Source: Malacoraja senta (taxonomy: Eukaryota). From it: a DNA stretch of 64,000 nt. Made by a program: the position numbers and the translations under genes. The notes beneath the pieces are model-generated. The model was not told where the DNA came from, searched no databases, and saw nothing but the letters and a program-made list of their open reading frames with translations. How positions within the stretch are numbered: position 1 is the stretch's first letter; each line of letters begins with the position of its first letter. Shown in pieces: positions 38,166-49,832 of the stretch. Location of the stretch: NCBI GenBank assembly GCA_038087875.1, contig CM075988.1, forward strand, positions 2,108,001 to 2,172,000, read 5' to 3'.

Positions 38166-41039
38166 TTCTGCGCGACATTATGACCAAGTTCCTAGACACA
38201 TACCGCAGTATCTACCTGGTGCCAGTTTGAACGTGAATTGTTAAAACTACTCATGTCAAGAGTGCAAGGTAGACAGTTTTAAGAAGCCAGACAACTTATA
38301 ATAAAAATTTTAATTGAATTAAGTTATGTCTTACATTAATCGAACAGTTGTGTACATATAGCAAGTATTTTTCCCATCTGTCTTTCGGAATTTTGATCAA
38401 TAATTCTCGTTCCCAATCCATTCTAATTAATTCTGTCGGTATTTCTATATTTAGAATGATATTATATAAATATGATATTAAATTGCTTGATTCTGCCTTT
38501 CTGTTCATTCCTTCTTCTAATAAGTGAAGTCAGAGTTTGATATCCTTGTATATGTTTTTTCAAATAATCTCGGATTTGGAGGTATTTGAAATATTGATTA
38601 CTTTTCAGGCTGTATTTTAATTGTAGTTGTTGAAATGATAGAATGTTTCCCATTTCATACATATCTCCAATCATTTTAATTCCTATTATTTCCCAATGGG
38701 TAAACGTTTTTATCAATAATAGATGGTTTGAATGAGGGATTGTTAGCTATTGGGGAAAGAAGCGATAAATTTCTTAATTTTAAAGTTAATTTTATCTGTT
38801 TCCAAATTCGTATTGTGTTGTGAATAATTGGGTTCTTCTTATATATTATATTGTTCAATTTTATCGGGGAGAGAAGGATCGCTCCTATATTAAAAGGAAA
38901 GCAATCCTCTTTCTCCATTCTTATCCAGTCTACTTGTTGGGCAGAGCTGTCCAACCAATAAATTATATTTTTGATATTCACTGCCCAATAGTAGTACAAA
39001 AAGTTGGGGAGTGTCAGTCCCCCAAATTCTTTAGGTTTACACAGATGTTTTCTTTGAATTCTATGTGAGTTCAAAGAAAACATAGTTCCATATGAAATTT
39101 GTAATATCAGAGTCTAATTTTTTAAAGAAATATTGGTATTGATTGAAATAGATACAGAATTTGTGGTAGAAAGATCATTTTTATAGCGTTTATTCTGCCT
39201 ATTAAAGACATCGGCAGTGTTTTCCAAAATTTAATCAATGCATTCAACTTAGTTAGTAAAGGCATATAGTTTGCATTAAATAATGATTTATATTTTCTAG
39301 TAATTGGATACCTAAATACTTATATTTTTCTGTTGCAATCCTAAAGGGGAATTTTAACAAATGTGTCGGCTCTTGAGGTTTTATCGTCATGATTTCGCTT
39401 TTATTCCAATTTATTCTATATCCTGAAAAGGAACCAAATTCCTCTATTAAATTTAATATATTAGGTATACTAATTTGCGATTTTGTAATGTATAATAATA
39501 CATCGTCTGCGTATAATGAAATTTTATTATTTGAATGTTTGGTATTATAACCATGGATATTCGGACGACTTCTTATACTTTCTGCTAGTGGCTCTATCAC
39601 AAGAGCAAATAGCAGGGGCGATAATGCACACCCCTGTCTATTGCCCCTTGTTAATTGAAATTTCGAAGATAACATGTTATTGGTCAGTATTCTAGCAGTC
39701 GGCTTGTCATATAATAATTTTACCCATGTGATAAAGTTCTCTCCCATATTAATTTTTTGCAATACTTTAAACAGATATTGCCATTCTACTTGATCAAATG
39801 CTTTTTCTGCGTCCAATGAAATAATTGGTAAATCTTCTTCCGTTTTATGTGAATACATTATATTAGACAAATTGTTGGATGAGTATCTCTTGGGTATAAA
39901 CCCCGTTTGATCCGGGTTTATTAGCTTATTAACATATCTAATCTCCTCGCTAGGGTCTTTGCTAGTATTTTCTGATGTGTGTTTAAGAATGCTATGGCTC
40001 TATATGAACCTGGTTCTTCTAGATCTTTATCTTTTTTTAGGTATAAGTGTAATAGTTGATTCGGCTAGTGTTTCTGGTAATATATTTTCTTTAAAAGCAT
40101 GTAAGTATAATTTGTGTAAGCGTGGGGAAATTATCTTGTAAAATCGTTTATAGAATTCATTACTAAAGCCATCTGGTCCTGGCGTTTTACCATACTTCAA
40201 CAAATTTATCGTTTCTTCTATTTCTTTAAGTGTAATCTGAGCTCCTAATTCCTCTTGTTCCAACGGATTAAGTTTTGGGAGATTACAGTTGTCTAAGAAA
40301 TTTATGATTTTATTATTATCTGCTGAGGTTTTAGATGTATATAAGTTTTGATAAAATTGGGCAAATCTTTTGTTAATGTCTTTAGGTACTGTTAATAATT
40401 CACCTTTATCTGATTTAATTTTGGTAATTGTATTTTCCTTTTCCCGTTTTTTCAGTTGTCGTGCTAAAAGTTTATGTGGTTTATCGCCAAATTGAAAGTT
40501 TTCCTGTTTTGTGATTTGAAATAGTCTTATGACTTGCTGATAAAATTTTATTTAATTTAACTTTCAATATTGTTATCTTATTATGTTTGTCTATGGTTGG
40601 GTCTTTGGCATTATCTAGATCTAATTGTCTAATTTGTTGTTCTAGCTGCAATTGTTCAGTATTGTTCTTTTTATTTTGGAAAGCTTGATATGAAATTATA
40701 ACTCCTCTAATGAATGCCTTAAAAGCTTCCCATAATAAGGAGGGTGAGATACCTGGTATGTCATTAGTCTCAAAGAAAAATTTCATCTGCTGTTTTAAAT
40801 ATGTGCAACCTTGTGGGTTGTTTAAAATTTGGGGGTTAAACCTCCAGAACGATTTTTTATCAGTCATTCCTTCTAGTTTTAAGAAGAAAGTTAACGGGGA
40901 GTGATCAGAAATGATACTATTATGATATTTAGGGCTAGTTGTGTATGGGATTAATTTCGTATCCACTAAAAAATAGTCGATACGTAAATACGTTTTATGT
41001 ACCATTGAATAAAACGAGTATTCCCTTCCAACTGGGTTA

Positions 41040-42856
41040 AAGGGCTGTCTCACTGTGCGAGTTGACCCACGAGTGACCCCGAGTTTAAAACAAATTTAAC
41101 TCGTGGTAATCACGTACAATTAACGTAGCGGAAACGTCTGAACTCGTGGACGCAACTTGGCAACTCTTGGTGCTAACGGGAGGTACACGTGAAACTTGTT
41201 AACTCTTGCAAAAGTTCAAACATGTTTGTACTTTTCCACGAGTAAAATGTACTCTTGTGGTTAAAATTTGAAACATTTTAAACTCGTTGTAAGAATGCAG
41301 TGGCCCGTGCGTTTAACTTTGTGACTCGTGATTCTACCGTGGGAACTCTTTTTAGAAACAATAATCAGGGACAGAAATATCAGTTACTTAGACTTTTTAA
41401 AGACAAATTCTGCTTAACAAAGTTAAGCAAGTTATTGATAAGGTGACAGAGTGGGTTGAAAAGAAAAAATTGCTTGAAGTTTATATATAAATTTGTGTTG
41501 TGTTGTGTTGTGTTGAAAAGCTTTTTGCTGATCCGTTTGATTCTCACTGTTTGTTTACTTCATTGCACAATAAAAGAGAGTTCTTTGCTATCAAGATCAA
41601 ATTGATGTCTGGAAGTCTTCATTTTAATATCACTACAAAGTCTCATGACTTGAATGTAATATTCCTTTCATCATAAAACACAAAATAGAGGAAGGCAAAA
41701 TATATTCACATCTTGATTCTCACAATCATTTGTGAGATTTAAGGACTCAACTGCCTCATATGCTGTGCTTTTTAAATGTTTAAAATTGTCACCTCTCAGT
41801 AGATCAGAAAATAAGACAAAGTCTTATGTGAAACAAATGTCTTGAATGTGAAACAAAGTCTTTATTCTTGTTCAATATAAAAAAACGCGTTTTTGCGCAT
41901 ATTGAGAAACGTAGCACTACAGCAAACACCACTGTCTGAAAAGGGCTTCTCATACATGAAAATCAACAAATGAAGCACAAATAAAAGTATTTCCACTATA
42001 TACTAATTCAGCTGAGAAATGCACTAGTCTAAATTCAGGCAATAAAAGATACAATGCAATGCGCTAAATGACAAGTTTTGAGATCTACAATCAGATAAGC
42101 AGATGCATGATAACCACGTTTTAAAGGAAAGACAGATGCAATGAAATTACTTTTACACCACAATAAAAAATAAAATCCACACTTAAAGTTAAACAATGAA
42201 AAGTCAGCAGGATTTAAACTAAACATGAAATTAACTGGATTCTTCTGCATGTGGGCTCTCCTCATGCAGTGATGTACCTGTGGTCGGCAGCCGCTCAAAA
42301 TAAGCTGTCCTTGCCACGGCACACTGCCCAATTCTGAATTATAGTAGGAGCAGAGATGGTCTCTCTGCTCTTTTGCACTGTTGGTCCCCGTGTTACCTCG
42401 AAAACACTGCAGTGGCACCAAAGTCTCGTCGTTTGTACCACTCCTCCACGCACCTAGTGTTATTCTCCCTGTTTGACTGTCCACTAAGTCACCGTCCTGC
42501 ATGGCTGTTGCTGATCCTGAAGCTGCACCTCTGATAGGGATCAGGTTGTGCAGAACACATGCAGCAAACACAATAGTCTCTACGTTCTTTGGCTGGCATG
42601 ACATCATTTTTTTTAACATGTGATGATTTTTCAACAGTTCGATATACATTGTTGCCTCAAGATTAACGGGAGAGGAACTTGGTACACTCGGGAGACGAAC
42701 TTGGAACATCGCAGAAATGAGAAGTAAACGGGAAACTTAGACATACCCGTGGGAACTCGGTTAAACTCTGGATCATAAACTTGTAGTCTCGTACGCAACC
42801 ACGAGTCTTTCACTCGGGGTCACTCGTGGGTCAACTCGCACAGTGAGACAGACCTT
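41040..42856 (-). mobile_element. PIF/Harbinger DNA transposon, deletion derivative
   Basis: ~45-bp TIRs AAGG(G/T)CTGTCTCACTGTGCGAGTTGACCCACGAGTGACCCCGAGT; TTA TSD at 41037-41039 and 42857-42859; transposase C-terminal remnant. Confidence 0.93.
42300..42620 (-). pseudogene. Harbinger-type DDE transposase C-terminal fragment
   Basis: IVFAACVLHNL ... AKEQRDHLCSYYNSELGSVPWQ; the catalytic core is absent. Confidence 0.82.
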
Positions 42857-43519
42857 TTAGCAATCCTCCATACATCTGTTATGTTTGTGTTTTTTATATA
42901 TGTATTTAGGAGTTCACTAGTTTTAGATTTTATGTTAATCCTCTTTTGTTTTGCAGATTTGTCTAGATATGGATCTAGAACGCAGTTGAAATCTCCCCTA
43001 TTACCACGTTTTGATAATTAAACTCTGAAATTATATCAAGAATTTTATTAAAGAATTGAGGGTTATCAAAATTAGGAGCATAAATGTTTATCATAGTAAA
43101 TGAGGTAGAGTGAATCTCTCCCGTAACTATAAGATACCTCCCCTCTTTATCTGATATAATATTCTTTGATTTAAATGTAATACCTTTAGGAATAATAATA
43201 GCCGTGCCTCTAGATTTAGAAGTAAATGAAGAATAATATGTTTGCCCGATCCAATTTGCCTTCAATCTTATCTGTGTTTGATGTTTCAAGTATGTTTCTT
43301 GTAAAAAGATTATGTCAGAATTTAGTGATTTTAATTGGGCAAAAATCTTACCCCTTTTAATTGGCTCGTTAGCGCCCCTTATATTCCAACTACAAAACGT
43401 AATTCCTCCAATCTTCTTTTGTTTATTGTCTTGCATTATGAATCATTTTAATACCCTTAAGTCATATGGTGCAACCAAGTACCTCAGACCTCTAGGTGTT
43501 GGGTGGTCATCCCACCTTA

Positions 43520-44156
43520 AGGGCCTATCCCACGTAGGCGCGTTTTTCGGTAACTGACGGCGACAGTCACAGTCGTAGCAGGTCACCGAAAAACCGGCAA
43601 CTTGAGCCCCCTACGACAATATTTACGACAACCTACCACCTAATCGACGTCAAGCTACGACAACCGGCGATCCAATTCTTCGCGACTTAAGACGTCCACC
43701 TACGACAACTTACGACGACACAAGCGACAACCTATGACAATCGTAGTCAACCTATGTCCACAGGCTACAACAAGCTACGATCCTGTCGGTGACAACTGAA
43801 GACAATTCAGTCGCCGATACCTGTCGCCGGTTGACGTAGGTTGACGTGGGTAATCGCCAATGGAATTCACCGAAGTCAGCACCCGGCGACAACTAACGTC
43901 ATCCGGTGACAATCTGGGTCATCCTGGCGACAACCTACGACAACACCTACGACAGGAGAAGACAAGCTATGTCAAGCCCACAGTCCCCGAAAAGTTTTGA
44001 ACATTTCAAAATCCAGCGGTGACCAGAAAAACATTACGACTCTTTAGGCAACTTGGGGAGACTGCTCACGACCATACAGGCATCACCCCACAACCATGTG
44101 GCGACTGCCTAATCGCCTGTAGTCGCCAAGAAAATTGCGTGAGTGGGACAGGCCCT
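43520..44156. mobile_element. Harbinger/Tourist-like MITE
   Basis: TIRs AGGGCCT(A/G)TCCCAC; TTA TSD at 43517-43519 and 44157-44159; many internal (A)CCTACGACAA repeats. Confidence 0.85.
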
Positions 44157-44916
44157 TTAATCGCTCCGATGTGGGGAAAGGCACCTTCTTGAATTGAATA
44201 CTTTATTGTCACAGTGAAATTCTTTGCGAGCAAACCCAAGATATGCAAATAGTTGCCAAGGAACGGGCGCCGACAATGTTGCAAAGTATCCCATGCCAGG
44301 TTCGACCTTGTTCTCCCCACTTCCTGACGGCATTTCCCATAAGCCGGGTCTTCCATTGTACCCCCCCCTCGTGGCGGTCCCGCCATGCCAGGTCCACCTC
44401 CCCCGCCATCATGGTAGTCCTCTCACACTGGGTCCTTCGTTGTTCTCCCCCCCCCACATGGCGCCCTCCCCTCGCTGGGTCCTCCTTTGATCTTGGCAAC
44501 GCGTCCTCCGGCTCCGTTCAACATGGGCTCTGTTCAACACGGGCTCCGTCGTCCCAGGCTCCGGCCAGTGCAGGCCCCTGCTATGGGGCTCCACCATTCG
44601 GACGCCTGTCTTCCCGTCCATCCATCCGACAGAGGCAAATGGGTTACTTGCTGCTGCAACATCGTAAAACATCTCATGTGGCTTTTCAGGAGCAGTATCA
44701 TTCAACATTTGACAATGGATCTTTAGATTTGGTCAAAGAGGGGAATTTGGTATCGGTGGAGAGATGGAATGGCTGACGTTTCAGGTCGAGACTCTTCTCG
44801 ACACGAAACATCACCCATTCCTTTTCTCCAGAGATGCTGCCAGTCTCACTGAGTTACTCCAGCATTTTGTGTCTATCTTCGGTTTAAAACAGCATCTGCA
44901 GTTCCTTCCTACACAT

Positions 44917-45556
44917 TTTGGTATTGGTATTGGTTTATTATTGTCATGGGTACCAAGATGTAGTGAAAACGTGTTTTGTGTGCTATCCAGTCAAATCACA
45001 CCGCACAAGTACAATCAAGTCACACACAAATACAACTGGTAGGGCAAAGAGGGAAATACCAGAGTGCAGAACACAATACTATACATAAATACAATCAAGT
45101 CAAACTCAAGTACAATAAGTACTGTGAAGGGAAATACATAGAGTGCAGAGTATAGCATTATAGCCCAACAGTTTCCGAGCCAAAGCCCAATGTCCACAAT
45201 AAGATAAAGGAGACTGAACCCTAGCTTATGGAAGGACCGTTTGGCATCCTGATAACAGAGGGGAAGAAGCTGTTTCTGAGTCTGGTGGTGCACACTTTCA
45301 AACTTCCACATCTTCTGCTCAATGTGACTGGGAAGAAGAAAGGGCTGGGAGGAAAATGCTCCTTGAATATGTTAGATACTTTCCTGAAGCATTGAGAAGC
45401 ATAGATGGAGCTGGTGGTGGAAAGTCGGGTCTGTGTGATGGACTGGGCTATATCCATAACTCTCTGTAATTAATTACGGTCTTGGGTAGAGTTGTATCTC
45501 AATAGGATGCTTCCCACGTTGCATCTGTAGAAGCTGGTAATGGTCATTGGAGACAT
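44917..45556 (-). mobile_element. Rex1-like LINE 3' fragment
   Basis: AQSITQTRL..IY..C.RK..NI.K and TTRLRNSFFPSVIR on the minus strand; tail GACAATAATAAACCAATACC. Confidence 0.65.
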
Positions 45557-46378
45557 CAGAATCAGAATCAGAATCAGAATCACACTTTATTGGCCAAGTA
45601 TGTTTTGCAACATACGAGGAATTTCATTGGCCACGTCAGTCATGCAATTAAAAGCAACATATCACCCAAAAACCACATCTTAACATGAACATCCACCACA
45701 GTGACTCCTACACCTTCCTCATTGTGGTGGAAGGTGAAATAAAGTTCAAGTCTCTTCCTTTGTTCTTCCTCGGTTGTGGGGCTCGAGCCCCCGTTGACGG
45801 GATGGTCTTGACTCCTAGTCTTGATCGCTCGGGCCCTCCACGTCGAGGCGATCAATCTCCCGCATCCGGGGGGGATGTCAGCTCCCCCGTGCCGGGCGAT
45901 CGAACCTCGCGTCGGGGCTGGTCGAACCCCGCTGTTGGAGCTCCCAACTAGCCTCACCCGAGACGGCAAGCCCTTGATGGTGGAAGCGATCCCAGGCAAG
46001 CGATCAGCTCCGATGTTAAGTCCGCGTGGGGCTCACAACAGTCCGAGGAGGCTTCCAGCTCCATTGATGGAAGGCCGCAAAGCCCAGAGAATGTGATCCG
46101 AAAAATTGATCACATCTCCGAGAACTTGAAAAAAAGTTTCCCCCGATCCCCTCCCCCCTTCCCCCACATAAAACAAACCGAAGGACATTTTACTTCGGAG
46201 TCACGTGAGTGCTTCTGTCCGCACGCGCGTCATTATGTCTGACGCATGGCGCAAACGACGGGCTGGCAGGGCGCAGCTCCACCAGCGGTAAGTTAAAAAC
46301 CCGCAGGTAAGTTTTAAAACTTTCGCTGTGGTCGTCTTTTGCGGTCTGTGAGTCTTCTTTACAGGAGGGAGCAGGACC

Positions 46379-47600
46379 ATGGAGAAGACGTTGAAGGGAA
46401 GGGCGAGGCGTGCCGCCGGTAAAACAGCTGTAGACCGCGGGAGTACGGGCAGCGGGCGGGTGCCTATTTCGCCTTCTGAGTCGCTGGCAGCACAGCCAGC
46501 GGCACTTATTCCGGTGCCGACTGTGAGCACTGTGGCTACTCCTGATGAGTCGGGCCAGGAAGATTCCCCTCCCACTAGGAGCGACGTCTATGGACGTCTG
46601 GCAAAGATGGAGCACCTGATGGAGAGGATGCTCCATCAAAACATGCTCCAGGAGGAGCTTTATATCCGTGGGTCACCCCATGGGCCCGTGGCAGCAGCCT
46701 CTGGTCAGGGGCTGTATAGGGAAGATCTGCTCCATGAAGAGGAGCCTTATATCCGCGGGTCTTATTGGGGGCCCATGGCAGCAGCGCCTGTACAAGGGCT
46801 GCATAATGTCATCTTCATGGAGGAAGTGAGCTTACCGGGGCAGTTTGGTTCTGACCCTGAAGTTGGAGGTATTGCAGAGCAGCATACCCCAAGGCATGGA
46901 AACCAAGAACCAGGGGTGCCAGGCATGGCATCAAAATTTGCCATATCAACTGGGACAGGTGAGCCATTGGAAGATGACCTGGCTAGCACCATTAATTACA
47001 TGGCCTCCCATCAGTTGCAAGATTTGACGATGGAGGAAACGGCGAAGAAATACGAGACACCCGCTAACTATGCCTCAATCAAGGTGCCTACAGTAAATCA
47101 TGCCATCTGGGGGCACATGGGTGCAAGCATTAGAGCCCAAGAATGAAGGCTTCAAAAGATCCTAAAGCTGCTTGGGTCGGGCATTACTGCCTTTGCAAGA
47201 TCGGTCGATGGGGTGCCCCTGTCAGAGGTTCAGCAGGATGCATTGGCTCTTATGTGCAATGCACATTTTGAGTTGAATTGTCACAGGAAAAGTGCGATAC
47301 GGCCAACTCTGAATCCAAAATTTGCAGCTTTGTGCAAACCAACCAATGTTCAGCCACCAAACCTGCTGTTCGGGGAGGACCTGTCCAAACAGGTCAGAGA
47401 CCTTGATGATGAGGCAAAGACTATCGGCCTCATTAAAGCTCAGTCGACCGGTAAAATTCCGTTCCGATGGTTGCACCCTTATAGACGGTTCACTGAGGCT
47501 GGTTCAGGTCAAGGACCAAGCCGGGCTTTGCCATCCGTGCGCAATTGGCGAATGCCAATGTTCATTCCCTCCAGAACTCGGAGGCAAAAGTATCCACCGA
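46379..47600 (+). pseudogene. DIRS ORF1 (gag-like), stop codon at 47144-47146
   Basis: Homologous to copy B gag (LKLLGSGITAF, IRPT.NPKFAALCKP.N.Q.PNLLFGEDL). Confidence 0.75.
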
Positions 47601-47605
47601 CGACT

Positions 47606-49535
47606 ATGGAGGTAGGTGGATCTCGTTCTGTTCAGGACAGGTCATATATGGATCAGTCACAAGTTGGGGGAAGATTGCATTTGTTTTTCAATGAATGGTG
47701 CTGCATAACATCAGATTTGTTTATACTGGACAGTATCCAGGGGTTCTGAATTGAGTTTCTTTTCAAATTGCGTCCACCTACACAACATACACCAAGGCGG
47801 ACATTGTTTTTTTTCACAACAAGAGTCTTTACAGGTAAAAGCTGAAATTAAAACGTTACTTCAAAAAGGGGTATTTGAGAAGTCGGTTCATCAATCTCAC
47901 CAATTTGTGTCCAATATATTTCCTAGACAAGAGAAGGATGGTGGGTGTCGAATCATTCTTGATCTAACTAGACTTAACTCCTATGTCCAGTATAAACATT
48001 TCAAAATGGAAACTTTTGTTACTGCTAAACAACTGGTTTCCAAAGGATGCTATTTGGCATGTATAGATCTGAAAGAAGCGTATTATTCAGTACCGATTCA
48101 TTACCAGCACCGGAGATATTTGAAATTTAGCTGGATGAGACAATTGTGGCAGTTTAAAGCGTTGCCTAATGGGTTAACCTCAACTCCTAGACTATTTACA
48201 AAGTTATTGAAACCGATATTGGGCTTACTCCGGGCTCAGAATCATATTGTGATGGCCTATTTGGATGATGTTCTAATCAGAGGCAAGTCTCAGGAATCAG
48301 CTGAATTATCTGTTTCAGCTACTAAACGTATGTTGGAGAGGTTGGGGTTTCTTATCCATCCAGCTAAATCCATATTGATACCATCTAGAATCATTGATTA
48401 TTTGGGATTCACCATTAATTCAACTCACATGTTAGTGACTCTGCCTAAAGGCAAGAGATTAGAGTTAATTGACGCTTGTAGTAATCTCGTTGATGAGCAA
48501 CAGTCCTTCATTCGACAGGTGGCTAGTGTAATTGGCAAATTAGTGGCTGCTTTCCCTGGGGTACAATTTGGGCCTTTACATTTTCAAAATTTACAACGTG
48601 CTAAAGAACATGCACTAAAAACACATGCAGGTCATTTCGATAGGCTAATGCGGTTGCCAGTTGAAGCCATTACTGAGTTACAGTGGTGGATAACTAATGT
48701 TTTGCGTTGCTCTAGCAAAATTCTGATTGATCAACCTTCAATTGTCTTACAGACCGATGTTAGTGCCTTGGGATGGGGAGCCACTGATACCAATTCTAGC
48801 TGTGGGGGCAGATGGAATGTGCATGAGGCATTAATTCTTCAGGCGCATGGTATTAATTATTTAGAGTTGCTGGGAGCATTCGATGGCTTAAAGGCGTATT
48901 GTTCTACTATGCATGATTTGCATGTTTAGCTGCAGATTGATAACACTACAGCAGTTGCATACGTCAATCACATGGGTGGAATCAAGTCGGTATCATGTGA
49001 TAAGCTAGTTAACCTTATTTGGCATTGGTGTATTGCAAGAAACATCTGGATTTCAGCTATTACCAGGTAGATATAACATGGTGGCAGACACCAGGTCATG
49101 AAAATTCAATGACAACACAGAGTGGATGTTGAATCCGGAAATATTTAATGATGTTGTCGCCCGGTATGGTTTGTCAGATATCGATTTGTTTGCATCCAGA
49201 TTAAATCACCAGTTACCAAAGTATGTTTCATGGGAGCCAGACCCAGGGGCAGAACGGTAGAAGCATTCTCGCTATTTTGGGGTGAAATGTTCTTTTATGC
49301 ATTTCCTCCATTTTGTCTCATTAGTCGGTGCCTGATTAAGATTGAGCAGGACTCCGCCTCAGGCGTTTTGGTAGTCCTCGACTGGCCTACACAACCATGG
49401 TTCCCACTTGTTCTTAGACTGGTCACAGAGCCTTTTATGGTTGTTCCCAAATGCAGCAATCTGCTGCTTCACCCTGTGACAGGGGAGAGTCATCCTTTAC
49501 ATGATCGTATTAATCTATTGGTTTGCAGATTCTGA
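47606..49535 (+). pseudogene. DIRS ORF2: reverse transcriptase, RNase H and methyltransferase-like domain, few lesions
   Basis: VGGRL, RIILDLTRLN..HFKME, IDLKEAY, LPNGL..PRLFTK, AYLDD; QTDVS..GWG, INYLELL, IDNTTAVAY; IDLFASRLNHQL, YAFPPF, DWPTQPWF. Confidence 0.9.
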
Positions 49536-49832
49536 CAAGACCGTTCCTGGGGCTCGGACTATCAGGTCGTACGGTGGATGTGATTACTGCGGCCTGGAGG
49601 GATCGTACTAAGAAACAATACGTATCTTATATCAAGAAATGGGAGATCTTCTGCTTGCAGTCAAACATATCGTATCATACTGCAAGCATACCTGATGTGT
49701 TGGAGTTGCTTGCCACTTTATATTTTGATGAGCGACTGAGTTTTCGTGCCATTAATAGTGCCAGGAGTGCCTTATTGTCCTATCTATGGCAGGGATTGGG
49801 ACAACACTCTGTTGGGTCTCATCCATTAGTTG
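49529..49832 (+). pseudogene. DIRS ORF3 tyrosine recombinase N-terminal fragment
   Basis: AAWRDRTKKQYVSYIKKW, AINSARSAL, VGSHPLV; matches YR of copies A and B. Confidence 0.8.

Larger units (their letters stand above)
38296..43436 (-). pseudogene. L1-clade LINE ORF2 (APE plus RT), frameshifted, interrupted by a Harbinger element
   Basis: SWNIRG, IFLQET, NIYAPN, RIDYFL, SDHSP, KTPGPDG, DAEKAFD, RQGCALSPLLF, LYADD, GGLTLPNFLYYYWA. Confidence 0.93.
46187..49832 (+). mobile_element. DIRS1-type retrotransposon, copy C; best-preserved ORFs, 3'-truncated inside YR
   Basis: 5' terminus ATTTTACTTCGGAGTCACGTGAGTG shared with copies A and B; gag, RT-RH-MT and YR N-terminus; no ICR or right ITR. Confidence 0.92.

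Noticed and set aside
42035..42709. Domesticated HARBI1-like host gene
   Set aside because: Only a C-terminal fragment without the catalytic core, lying between TIRs and a TSD
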